IMG/VR virus record: IMGVR_UViG_3300031519_000013
Span: 1-64,000 of that record
Direction: 5' to 3' (one strand)
DNA: 64,000 nt
DNA from: a virus
Taxonomy: Duplodnaviria > Caudoviricetes
Shown: positions 45,765 to 55,097 of the stretch, piece by piece
Numbering within the stretch: the stretch's first letter is position 1
Layout of the letters: every line of letters begins with the position of its first letter
Position numbers and translations under genes: made by a program
The notes under the pieces: model-generated
Told to the model about the DNA's origin: nothing
The model's input: only the letters and a program-made list of their open reading frames with translations
Databases searched by the model: none

Positions 45765-46335
45765 ACCATCTAATCATTTTACTAGTTGGATTGAAAACAA
45801 TTATGGACAAATTGAATTTGGACGTTTAGATCCTGATGAAGTTCGTTCTGCTGTCTATCTTGGAAACAAACAAGATGTAAGACATAGATTGTACATGGAT
45901 ATTGATCGTGATATGGGTAGTGGAACTCATAGTGTCACGACACTTGAATCTCCTGGTGGTATTGTGATAAAATGTGGACAGGATCGTAAAAGACCTGACG
46001 TTACATTTAACATTCAAGTTGAGAATGGAAAACTAGCACTCACTTGTCAAACTGGTGACGTTTTAATCCAAGGAAAGAACGTTGTTATTGAGGCAAAGGG
46101 AGATGGGGGTAATGATGGCAACATTACTTTGAAGGCTAATTCAAAGATTGATATGCAAAGTCCCAAGATTGAGATCAACGGTTCACAGAAGGTTGAAGTA
46201 AAGAGTGAAGAAAAGATTGATATGCAATCACAAGGAACCCTGCAAATGTATGGCACCCAAGGTTCTTGTCAATCTGCTTCATCTAGATTTGGTAAACGCG
46301 GTACATCACAAGAAGCACCAATTACAGGAGACTGA
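45757..46335 (+). CDS. Spike beta-helix-like protein
   Basis: Roughly 8-residue beta-strand repeats (ITLKANSK/IDMQSPK/IEINGSQK/VEVKSEEK). Confidence 0.6.
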   Translation: MSEPSNHFTSWIENNYGQIEFGRLDPDEVRSAVYLGNKQDVRHRLYMDIDRDMGSGTHSVTTLESPGGIVIKCGQDRKRPDVTFNIQVENGKLALTCQTGDVLIQGKNVVIEAKGDGGNDGNITLKANSKIDMQSPKIEINGSQKVEVKSEEKIDMQSQGTLQMYGTQGSCQSASSRFGKRGTSQEAPITGD

Positions 46336-46337
46336 TT

Positions 46338-47039
46338 ATGGCATGGACAGATGATGATCATCAAACACACAAACAGATGATCGTTGGAGGAAAAACTTCC
46401 TCTTGTGTTGGTAAATCTGATAGCGAAAAGATCTTAGGTTCTCAGTATGTTGAGAACGGTATGCATGTGGGAGCACCTGATAAGTTTGGTCTCATGGAAG
46501 GAACCGTGATGATTAACAAAAGTTCTGAGCAACAGGGCCCGTTTGCCTTAGAAGTTCAGGATGATGAGCATATTCGTGACAACCTTTGGGTTGAGCAGGA
46601 GACCAAAACAAAGACTCTTGTTGCTGATAAGATTGATGTAAGAAAAGCATTCATTACAACGATCAATAAAGGTAGTTGTAATTTTGTGATCGATCATCGT
46701 AGGATATCTGGTTACAAACTTCGTTATACCTGTATTGAGGGTCCTACCAAGGATGTTTTTGTACGTGGTAAACTAAAAAACGGTGATACTATCACTCTCC
46801 CAGAAGAATGGGAGTGGTTGGTGCATCAAGATACAATCACAGTGAATCTGACTCCAATTGGAGCTCCTCAGATTTTATTTGTGAGAGGGCAGCAGGGAAC
46901 AACTATTAAAGTTGGATCACACTCTGCTCTTCCAATTAACTGCTACTATACAGTCTACGGTGAGAGGGCAGATACTCCTAGGGAACCTAACGTTTTCCCT
47001 GCCGAAGATCTTTTAACTGATAAATTTGTTGGACAATAG
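46338..47039 (+). CDS. Virion protein with an EGP..RG C-terminal domain, paralog 1
   Basis: F.I..LRY..IEGP..VFVRG..ITLPEEW..L..TITVNLTPIG. Confidence 0.65.
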   Translation: MAWTDDDHQTHKQMIVGGKTSSCVGKSDSEKILGSQYVENGMHVGAPDKFGLMEGTVMINKSSEQQGPFALEVQDDEHIRDNLWVEQETKTKTLVADKIDVRKAFITTINKGSCNFVIDHRRISGYKLRYTCIEGPTKDVFVRGKLKNGDTITLPEEWEWLVHQDTITVNLTPIGAPQILFVRGQQGTTIKVGSHSALPINCYYTVYGERADTPREPNVFPAEDLLTDKFVGQ

Positions 47040-47049
47040 GAGGTAAATT

Positions 47050-47757
47050 ATGCCACATGGAGGATGTCAGGGACTATATCCAGATCCCGAAGCAGGTTGC
47101 GGTGGAGGTTCATGGCAACAGAACAGCACATTTGGTGCTGCTGATGATAAAGAAGAGGATTGTTGTAACGATATCTCATGCCACCTGAAAAATGGTTTGT
47201 TTGAGGTAGACCTTGAAGTAGAAGGAAATATTGAGTGTGCTGGTACAACCACGTGCCCTACATTCATTGGAGATTTGACTGGAAATGCTGTTTCGGCAAA
47301 GGCTCTTGGAGGTGCATTTGATATTCCTAACCTGAAAAGACCAGGTTGGAGGGTTCGTCATGTCATTCCAGAGGGACCCGAAGCTGGTATCTATGTAAGA
47401 GGAAGAATCAAGGGACACAATAAGATCTACCTTCCAGAATATTGGCAGGGTCTCATTGACATAGAGTCAATTACTGTAACTTTAACTCAGATTGGAACAT
47501 CTCAGGATCTTATTATTGAGAGTATTGATTGGGGTAGAGTGGTTAATCTCAAATCTGGAAATAGTTGTGAAATTGATTGCTTCTATGAAGCATGGGCAGC
47601 AAGACATCTTGACCCACTGAACCCTGATGAGAAACTGCATGTTGAGTATGAAGGCACATCTCCTGATGATTATCCTGGTGACAAGAGCAGGTTCTTGGTT
47701 GGTGGATGGGACTATGACAAACGAGATCCTGTCACAGGAGAACGAGTTCAGTCTTGA
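47050..47757 (+). CDS. Virion protein with an EGP..RG C-terminal domain, paralog 2
   Basis: FDIP..VRH..PEGPE..YVRG..IYLPEYW..L..SITVTLTQIG; Cys-rich N-terminus. Confidence 0.65.
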   Translation: MPHGGCQGLYPDPEAGCGGGSWQQNSTFGAADDKEEDCCNDISCHLKNGLFEVDLEVEGNIECAGTTTCPTFIGDLTGNAVSAKALGGAFDIPNLKRPGWRVRHVIPEGPEAGIYVRGRIKGHNKIYLPEYWQGLIDIESITVTLTQIGTSQDLIIESIDWGRVVNLKSGNSCEIDCFYEAWAARHLDPLNPDEKLHVEYEGTSPDDYPGDKSRFLVGGWDYDKRDPVTGERVQS

Positions 47758-47808
47758 CACTGGGGTCAGTGCCTGCTAGAATACATAGGTACAGCGCGGC
47801 ACTGACCC
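47754..47808 (+). promoter_or_regulatory. Sigma70 promoter straddled by an 11-bp inverted repeat
   Basis: TTGACA-17nt-TAGAAT; GGGTCAGTGCC (47763-47773) / GGCACTGACCC (47798-47808). Confidence 0.7.
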
Positions 47809-48009
47809 ATGCACGAAGATGACTATCTCAGCAGAGTTGTGGTTGACACTTCATCACGCAAGTTTAATCTATACAGCGAGAGCGGTGACCAGAAGGTCAT
47901 TGAATGTGATACGATCGATGAGTTCATGGGTGTTCTTGAATTTTGTCGTGAGATCCTTGATGATGACGTGCTTGCATACGCAGGTCCACTTGTAGCCAGC
48001 GATAATTGA
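47809..48009 (+). CDS. Conserved cyanophage hypothetical protein
   Basis: 66-aa ORF directly after the promoter. Confidence 0.65.
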   Translation: MHEDDYLSRVVVDTSSRKFNLYSESGDQKVIECDTIDEFMGVLEFCREILDDDVLAYAGPLVASDN

Positions 48010-48013
48010 CTAT

Positions 48014-48063
48014 TAGTTTCAAAAATAGGTGATAAAAAATCCCGGTAGAAAATTGCCCTATTA
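48014..48063 (+). repeat. 50-nt dispersed repeat, copy 2
   Basis: 45/50 identical to 29800-29849. Confidence 0.9.
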
Positions 48064-48119
48064 CCTTTTATGAATAGATACTCAGACAAACTTTATGCAG
48101 AAATCCTGCATTTTTACGA

Positions 48120-48317
48120 ATGGAACAGTTCACAGTTGAAGAATTCCAACGAGATTTTGATGCACTTTTTGAAAGGGTCGAAAATGGAGAATCTTTCAAA
48201 ATCCTTGCGGAAGACGGAAAAGCAGTGATTATTTCCCCGACCCCGATCATTTATGATGCAAAAGAATCAGAGTGGGAAGATTTCTGGTATAACGAACAAT
48301 CACTTTGTGACATATGA
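48120..48317 (+). CDS. Phd/YefM-antitoxin-like small protein
   Basis: MEQFTVEEFQRDFDALFERVENGESFKI..GKAVII pattern. Confidence 0.6.
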   Translation: MEQFTVEEFQRDFDALFERVENGESFKILAEDGKAVIISPTPIIYDAKESEWEDFWYNEQSLCDI

Positions 48318-48487
48318 GAACTGAAACTAGACAATCGATGGAAATGTTATTTGCGGCAAAATGGAATCTTCCAAAAGCCGCAAAAAACTGTAATCTTACG
48401 GATAAGGAAATGAAAATTACATTTAACGAATATTGCGTTTTTCATCCTCCAACTTGGGATATAAATGAGACATCTATTCATAGTTGA
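48314..48487 (+). CDS. Small HTH-like hypothetical protein (57 aa)
   Basis: Manual translation MRTETRQSMEMLFAAKWNLPKAAKNCNLTDKEMKITFNEYC...; ATGA-coupled. Confidence 0.55.
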   Translation: MRTETRQSMEMLFAAKWNLPKAAKNCNLTDKEMKITFNEYCVFHPPTWDINETSIHS

Positions 48488-48758
48488 CATTGATAACGGT
48501 AGGTGCGTAACTCATGATGGGCATGTCCAACTAGGCAGCTTTAATCATACGTTAGAGAAGCATCTTGAATTATGTCCTGATCAAGATTGGCAAGTAACAT
48601 ACTGGATGCCTGATCCATTAGGATTAAGATACAAGAGAGTGAACTATCAACATACTGTGAAAGCAAACGAAGGTTCTCCTAGAACTGATAATGCTTTGGA
48701 TAGTCGTCCCAGAGACTTTCCTGACCAACCAACCGAAAGACTGGAAAGAGTATTGTGA
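48465..48758 (+). CDS. Conserved cyanophage hypothetical protein
   Basis: 97-aa ORF; YWMPDP.GLRYKR motif. Confidence 0.6.
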   Translation: MRHLFIVDIDNGRCVTHDGHVQLGSFNHTLEKHLELCPDQDWQVTYWMPDPLGLRYKRVNYQHTVKANEGSPRTDNALDSRPRDFPDQPTERLERVL

Positions 48759-49024
48759 AAAAAGTTAAGATTACTCCCGAAACTTATCAAAAGATGGAAG
48801 ATGAGTTCCGAGAAGAAGGACTTGCTTTTACTATTACCATTCCTACACAGGAAACGATTGATAAGTGGCAAAATGCTACTCCTATCCCTCAACCAGTAAG
48901 ACATAACGTTGATATGGTTGCTGATATGTGGGCAGAGCACAATAGGATAGAGGAAGAACGTAAATTACAACTTGAACTTAATTTATGCCCGTGTAGTCCA
49001 ATTGGCAGTAGACACGAAACTTAA
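48755..49024 (+). CDS. Hypothetical protein overlapping tRNA-Leu
   Basis: GTGA-coupled; 3' end runs 38 nt into the tRNA. Confidence 0.55.
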   Translation: MKKVKITPETYQKMEDEFREEGLAFTITIPTQETIDKWQNATPIPQPVRHNVDMVADMWAEHNRIEEERKLQLELNLCPCSPIGSRHET

Positions 49025-49061
49025 AATTTCGACAGTATCGGTTCGAGTCCGATCACGGGTA
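48987..49061 (+). tRNA. trnL: tRNA-Leu(TAA)
   Basis: GCCCGTG/CACGGGT acceptor stem, CGAAA-CTTAAAA-TTTCG anticodon arm, GGTTCGAGTCC T-arm, A73; short variable loop. Confidence 0.9.
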
Positions 49062-49124
49062 CTTAAAAGGTCTTCTACTCGTCGAAGGCTAAATAACATA
49101 TAGGAAAATTATGGTCGAAATAAA

Positions 49125-52100
49125 ATGGGTCTCAGCAGACTTCAAAACTTCTTAAAGAACGCAAAGGGTAATATTTTATATGTGAACCCTAATGATTTAG
49201 ATGCTACGGATAGTATTGAAAATCAAGGTAATTCACTTACAAGACCCTTTAAAACTATTCAAAGGGCACTGATCGAGGCAGCAAGATTCTCATATCAAAC
49301 TGGTCTTGATAACGATAGGTTTGGACAAACTACGGTTCTGATATATCCTGGCGATCATGTTATCGATAATAGACCAGGATGGATCCCCTATGATGATGGA
49401 ACATCCACAGCAAAATATAGAACTAGAAATGGTGCGTCTGGTTTAATTCTCTCACCATTTAACTTAACTTCTAACTTCGACCTTACAGTATCAAATAACG
49501 ACCTCTATAAGCTTAATAGTATTCATGGTGGTGTAATTATCCCAAGAGGAACCTCTTTGGTTGGTTTGGATCTGAGAAAAACTAAGATTAGACCAAAATA
49601 TGTTCCTGATCCTTCTAATGCTGCTATTGAAAGAAGCACCATATTCAGAGTAACTGGTGCTTCATATTATTGGCAGTTTAGTATCTTTGATGCTGATCCC
49701 AATAGCACTGCGTATAAAGATTATACGAATAATATCTTTGTTCCTAATTTCTCTCACCATAAACTTACCTGTTTTGAGTATGCTGATGGTGTAAACAACG
49801 TTGTCATCGACGATGGTTTCTTAGACATCGCAACAGGAACCACTGATCTTGAAATGTTCTATCAGAAAATTTCTGATGTATATGATGATGCAACTGGTAG
49901 ACCTATTTCTCCTGACTATCCTGCTGGAAACTTAGATATTCAACCTAAGATTGATGAATATCGTATTGTTGGTTCAAAGGGTGCAGAAGTTGGAATTTCA
50001 TCTATCAGAGCAGGCGATGGTGTAACTGCAACTACAACTATCACAGTACAAACGTCTTCTTCAATTAAGAGCGTTGGTATTGACGTTGATACTCCTATTA
50101 GAATTAGTGGTATCACAGCATCTGGATATAATGGAAACTTTGTATGTGCTGGTGTTACAAGCACCACTGAATTTACATATAGTTTGTCGAATGCTCCTGC
50201 TGTTGCATTAGAAAACCCTGCAAATGCTAATGTTAACGTTGTTGTTGACACTGTAACATCCGCATCACCATACATCTTCAATATCTCACTGAGATCAGTG
50301 TTTGGTATGTGTGGAATGCACGCTGATGGCAACAAAGCCACTGGATTTAAATCCATGGTTGTTGCTCAGTTTACCGGTATTGGTTTACAAAAGGATAATA
50401 ATGCCTTTGTAAAATACAATACTACAACTGGATCGTATGATGATACAACTACAATTGCAAACTTATCATCTGACTCTCGTGCAGTTTATAAACCAGATTA
50501 TGCAAACTTCCATATCAAGTGCTCGAACGATTCTGTTTTACAGTTAGTTTCGATCTTTGCTATTGGTTATGCTCAACACTTCGTTGCAGAGTCTGGTGGT
50601 GACCAATCCGTTACCAACTCAAACTCTAACTTTGGTGCAAAGGCATTAATTACTAGTGGATTTAAGAAGGCAGCATTTGCCAAGGATGATGTTGGTTATA
50701 TCACACATATCATTCCACCGAGAGAAATTGAAGCAGCAAACACATCTATTGAATTTGATGCAATTGATGTCCATCAAACCGCAGTTGGTGTTGGATCTAC
50801 TGGTAGATTATATCTCTATAATAAAACAAACGCAGCAAATAAACCTTTAAGTGTCATTGAAGGTTATAGAATTGGTTCTAAGGTAAATGATGATCTCAAA
50901 GCTCAATTGAGTGTTGGTGGTACTGTAACAGAGTACACAGCAAGAATTACGATGCCTATCAATGGTATCAGCACAGCTCAATTTACATCTATTAAAGAGT
51001 CATTTGTTGGCAACTCTATTGGATTCAATAGTATTACCTCCAATATTATGACTCTGAAAAACACCCATAGTTTCCTTAATGGTGAATCTATTCGTGTTAT
51101 TTCTGATGATGGATCACTTCCTGACGGTCTGATATCCAATAGAATTTACTTTGCTATTACAAAGGAAAACGCTAATGCTGGGTTTAGTGGTGAAAACCAA
51201 ATCCAAGTTGCAACTTCCTTAAACTCTGCTCTTTCTGCTGATGCAATTGGTATTAACAGTTTAGGTGGTAATTTAAGAATTGAATCCAGAGTCTCTGATA
51301 AGACCTCTGGTGATATTGGTCACCCAATTCAATATGATACCTCTGTAAGTCAGTGGTTTATTAATGTTTCTGGATCTACAACTGATAACAGCTTACATGG
51401 TCAGATTGTTGGTCTTGGAACTGCTAACCTAGGTGATGCAACACCTAGAACATTTATTACAAGAAGACAGGATGATAGAGCACTGTTAGACACAGTGTAT
51501 CGTGCCAGATATGTAATTCCTGCTGCATCTGGTATTACATCTGCTAGACCACCTGTTGATGGTTATGTTCTTCAACAATCTGGTACTACTGTTACAAGTA
51601 ATGAAGAAATTCAAGTATTATATTCACCAACTACTAAAACACTCAATAATGTCAGTGAGTTAAGGAATCCTAACTTCATCTCTACTTGTACATATAGTTC
51701 TCCGTTTGCTTATGTTGATACAGAGCGATCTCATAATCTGACAGTTGGATCTAAGGTCAGTCTTATTAATGTTACTAGTAGCGATAATACTACTGGTTTA
51801 GCTGGTACTGGATTTAACAGAGACTATACTGTTGTTGGTGTTTCTAGTGCAAAACAGTTTATTGTTGGTCTAAACACAAGTCCTGGTGTATTTAATAACG
51901 CCACTAACGTTAGAGGAACTTCTCTACCAAGATTTACGGAATTTAAGACTAACGAGACGTTGAGTCTTTATAGATCCAGAGAGGTGAGTAGATACCAAAC
52001 TGGTCAGCAAGATGGTATCTATCATCTACTGCTATCTAAGAATTCTATTGCTCCAACATCTGCACCTTTCAGAGGTGATAGGTATAATCAGAATATTCAG

Positions 52101-55097
52101 TTCTTCTATCCTCAAACAAATAGAGATAATCCTATCTCTGATGCACTCCCAACCAAATCATATGCTCTGAGAAGTCCTGTTGGTGAGGTTACGGTTGATA
52201 ATCCTCAGAATAGCTTAACAAAAGAAACAGAATATAGTAGACTGACTGAATTTGGTGGTTTAGTCGGACTTGGTGTTACCGATATTCAATCTAATAGTGC
52301 TGGTACTGCGCATACAATCTTTACGAAGATTGATCATGGTCTGAATAGAATTGTATCTGTAAGTATTGCAAGTAGTGGTGGTAATTATGGTGTTGGATCT
52401 GGTATCACTGAAAGATACTACAACGCTAGCCTTGTTGGATTTGCAGGATCTACCGTAGGTAAGAACGCTACTGCTAGGGTTACAGTTGAACCAGCTGGTG
52501 GTATCAGTGACATTAAGATTATTGATGGTGGTTCTGCATATGGTGTTGGTAATACTTTAACTGTCAACAATATTCCAAAACTTGCTGGTGCTTCTGATGC
52601 TGTTCTTCAAATTCAGAGGATCTATGATTCAACTAATGAAGTTTTAGATGTTCAGGGCATTACTTCTGAGTCATTCAAATCTCACAATACTCTGTATAGA
52701 ATTTCTGGTGTTGACATTGGTCAAGACAGGAAAATCAATGTAGTATCTTCTACTACGATTGGATCTGGAAATACTATTGGTATTGGATCTGAATCGTGTG
52801 AAAATGCAATTGTTCTTAATGGTGGTTTAAGTGTTGCTGTATCTGGGTTTAGTTATGATGCTGGATCTGGTATTGGTACGTTTGCCACAGTTGATAAACA
52901 TGGTCTGAGTGTAGATAATAAAATTAGAATTAGCGATGCAGCTAGTGCCTTATACAATGGTGACTTCATTGTCAAGAACATCATTGGGTTGACATCATTC
53001 ACTGCTGCAATTGGTGTTGGAACAACAACTCCTGCCACAGGAACAGCAAGAGTATTGAAGCCTTCATTGACTTCTTCTGGTGGAGTCGTTACAGGTGATG
53101 ATGAGAACCTTGATGGTCGTATGATGTATAATTATGCAGGCATTACGACTACACTGTCTGCTGCTATTAATAATACAACTGCAACCAGTATTGCTATTCA
53201 GAATATAGAACAGACTGATTTTCAAATTGGTGACTTTATTCAAATCAATGAAGAGTTGATGCGTATTAAGACAACAACTTCTACTAGCAGTATTAATGGT
53301 TCATCTGGTGCTCCTACGAATCCATTGAGTGTATTCAGAGGCATTTTTGGAACAAAATCCTCTGCTCACCCTATTAATAGTGTTGTTAGAAGAGTTAAAT
53401 GTTCTCCTGTTGAACTTCGTAGAAACTCTATCATTCGTGCATCTGGTCACACATTTGAATATGTTGGATTCGGTCCTGGTAACTATTCAACTGCTCTTCC
53501 AGAAAGAAATGATAGGAGACTATCTCCAATGGAGGAGCTCCTAGCACAATCAACAAAACTTGATGGTGGTATAAACGTCTACACCGGCATGAATAACGAT
53601 GGAGACTTCTTCATCGGTAACAAGAAAGTTAGTTCTGCTACTGGGCAGGAAGAGGTGTTTGATGCACCAATCCCATCTGTTACTGGTGAAGACGTTACTG
53701 ATACAGGAGTCAGCGTTGGTTTTGACGTTCTAACTCCACTTGAAATCACCATCTCTCGCTCTATTAAAGTTGAGGGTGGACCTGACGGTAGTATCATTTC
53801 TGAATTTGATGGTCCTGTTATCTTTAATGATAAGATTACCTCTACTTCTTCTAATGGATTGGAAGCAAATTCCTTGTTCCTACAAGGTTCAACTACTGTT
53901 TCTAGAAACTACTCAGTTGGTGTTACTCAACCCACCTTGGCAGGTAACGCAGGTGACGTTGTATTCAATGCAAACCCAGTTAAGGGTGGATATATTGGAT
54001 GGGTTTATACTACCGACAATGATTGGTTCAGATTCGGTAATGTAAGTGCTTCTAAGACCGAGAACGCTGGTATATTTGATAGAATTGGTATTGGCACCAC
54101 CACTGCTGGTGACGCTGAATTGTTTATTAATACCGGCGGTAGAGCAGTTGTAACTTTGGGTGGATCATTTGGTGTTGGCACAACGATGCCTCAATATGAT
54201 CTCCACGTTGAACAGAACATCTACGCTTCTGGATTTATTACTGCTAGCACATTCCTCTATGGTGATGGTAGATATATTTCCAACCTACCAACAGACTCTA
54301 AGTGGGATGCTACTGAAACTGCATCTGGTGCAAAAGCTGGTATCTATACTGGTTCAGGATCAAATGACATCTTTGTTGGTATTGGAACCACTACTCCAAC
54401 TGCACTTCTGACTGTTGGTATTGGAACAACTACCACTAATAAAGCATTCATTGTTGAAGATTCCGGTGGAATCGAACTCGTTGGTATCACTACTACTGGT
54501 AGATTGGGTGTTGGTAACACTAATCCGCAAGGATTACTCGATGTCAATGGACAATTTATTGCTAATCAATATGCATTGTCTGGTGTTGGTACAATTACTG
54601 CTGGTATCATCACTGCAACTGATACTCTTAGAGCTGGTGTCGGTGGTACTGTATTCCATGCTTCTGGTTCAAATGTTGGTGTTGGAACAGTTACTCCAAG
54701 AGCAACGCTTGATATTGATGGTAGCACAAGATTAAAAACTTACTTTGAACCTGTTCCAACTGTTGGACCAGTTGCTAACGTTGTTAGTATTGACCTTTCA
54801 CAGGCACAAACGTTTAATGTTAACGTTACATCTACTGTAAATTCTCTCACTATTCTCAATCCTTCTAGTGAATCATCTTCATTCACACTTAAAGTAACGC
54901 AAGATGGAACTGGTGGGTATTCTGTTGGTATAGATACCTTTAAGAATAGTGGTGGTGGTGCCATCCCTGTCTATTGGTCGGGATCTGTGATTCCAATTGT
55001 TACTACAACTGCCGGCAAAACTGATATTTACTCATTTATTACATTTGACGGTGGTTCATCATTCTACGGTGTATCAGGAGGACAGAACTTCGGATGA
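49125..55097 (+). CDS. Large virion structural / tail-fibre-like protein
   Basis: 1990 aa; N-terminal PFKTIQRA beta-helix anchor, VGIGTT fibre repeats near the C-terminus; CTAAATA upstream. Confidence 0.8.
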   Translation: MGLSRLQNFLKNAKGNILYVNPNDLDATDSIENQGNSLTRPFKTIQRALIEAARFSYQTGLDNDRFGQTTVLIYPGDHVIDNRPGWIPYDDGTSTAKYRTRNGASGLILSPFNLTSNFDLTVSNNDLYKLNSIHGGVIIPRGTSLVGLDLRKTKIRPKYVPDPSNAAIERSTIFRVTGASYYWQFSIFDADPNSTAYKDYTNNIFVPNFSHHKLTCFEYADGVNNVVIDDGFLDIATGTTDLEMFYQKISDVYDDATGRPISPDYPAGNLDIQPKIDEYRIVGSKGAEVGISSIRAGDGVTATTTITVQTSSSIKSVGIDVDTPIRISGITASGYNGNFVCAGVTSTTEFTYSLSNAPAVALENPANANVNVVVDTVTSASPYIFNISLRSVFGMCGMHADGNKATGFKSMVVAQFTGIGLQKDNNAFVKYNTTTGSYDDTTTIANLSSDSRAVYKPDYANFHIKCSNDSVLQLVSIFAIGYAQHFVAESGGDQSVTNSNSNFGAKALITSGFKKAAFAKDDVGYITHIIPPREIEAANTSIEFDAIDVHQTAVGVGSTGRLYLYNKTNAANKPLSVIEGYRIGSKVNDDLKAQLSVGGTVTEYTARITMPINGISTAQFTSIKESFVGNSIGFNSITSNIMTLKNTHSFLNGESIRVISDDGSLPDGLISNRIYFAITKENANAGFSGENQIQVATSLNSALSADAIGINSLGGNLRIESRVSDKTSGDIGHPIQYDTSVSQWFINVSGSTTDNSLHGQIVGLGTANLGDATPRTFITRRQDDRALLDTVYRARYVIPAASGITSARPPVDGYVLQQSGTTVTSNEEIQVLYSPTTKTLNNVSELRNPNFISTCTYSSPFAYVDTERSHNLTVGSKVSLINVTSSDNTTGLAGTGFNRDYTVVGVSSAKQFIVGLNTSPGVFNNATNVRGTSLPRFTEFKTNETLSLYRSREVSRYQTGQQDGIYHLLLSKNSIAPTSAPFRGDRYNQNIQFFYPQTNRDNPISDALPTKSYALRSPVGEVTVDNPQNSLTKETEYSRLTEFGGLVGLGVTDIQSNSAGTAHTIFTKIDHGLNRIVSVSIASSGGNYGVGSGITERYYNASLVGFAGSTVGKNATARVTVEPAGGISDIKIIDGGSAYGVGNTLTVNNIPKLAGASDAVLQIQRIYDSTNEVLDVQGITSESFKSHNTLYRISGVDIGQDRKINVVSSTTIGSGNTIGIGSESCENAIVLNGGLSVAVSGFSYDAGSGIGTFATVDKHGLSVDNKIRISDAASALYNGDFIVKNIIGLTSFTAAIGVGTTTPATGTARVLKPSLTSSGGVVTGDDENLDGRMMYNYAGITTTLSAAINNTTATSIAIQNIEQTDFQIGDFIQINEELMRIKTTTSTSSINGSSGAPTNPLSVFRGIFGTKSSAHPINSVVRRVKCSPVELRRNSIIRASGHTFEYVGFGPGNYSTALPERNDRRLSPMEELLAQSTKLDGGINVYTGMNNDGDFFIGNKKVSSATGQEEVFDAPIPSVTGEDVTDTGVSVGFDVLTPLEITISRSIKVEGGPDGSIISEFDGPVIFNDKITSTSSNGLEANSLFLQGSTTVSRNYSVGVTQPTLAGNAGDVVFNANPVKGGYIGWVYTTDNDWFRFGNVSASKTENAGIFDRIGIGTTTAGDAELFINTGGRAVVTLGGSFGVGTTMPQYDLHVEQNIYASGFITASTFLYGDGRYISNLPTDSKWDATETASGAKAGIYTGSGSNDIFVGIGTTTPTALLTVGIGTTTTNKAFIVEDSGGIELVGITTTGRLGVGNTNPQGLLDVNGQFIANQYALSGVGTITAGIITATDTLRAGVGGTVFHASGSNVGVGTVTPRATLDIDGSTRLKTYFEPVPTVGPVANVVSIDLSQAQTFNVNVTSTVNSLTILNPSSESSSFTLKVTQDGTGGYSVGIDTFKNSGGGAIPVYWSGSVIPIVTTTAGKTDIYSFITFDGGSSFYGVSGGQNFG

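Noticed and set aside
48070-48230. Overlapping alternative-frame ORF (MNRYSDKLYAEILHFYEW...)
   Set aside because: It overlaps the Phd-like ORF for most of its length; real coding status cannot be decided without comparative data
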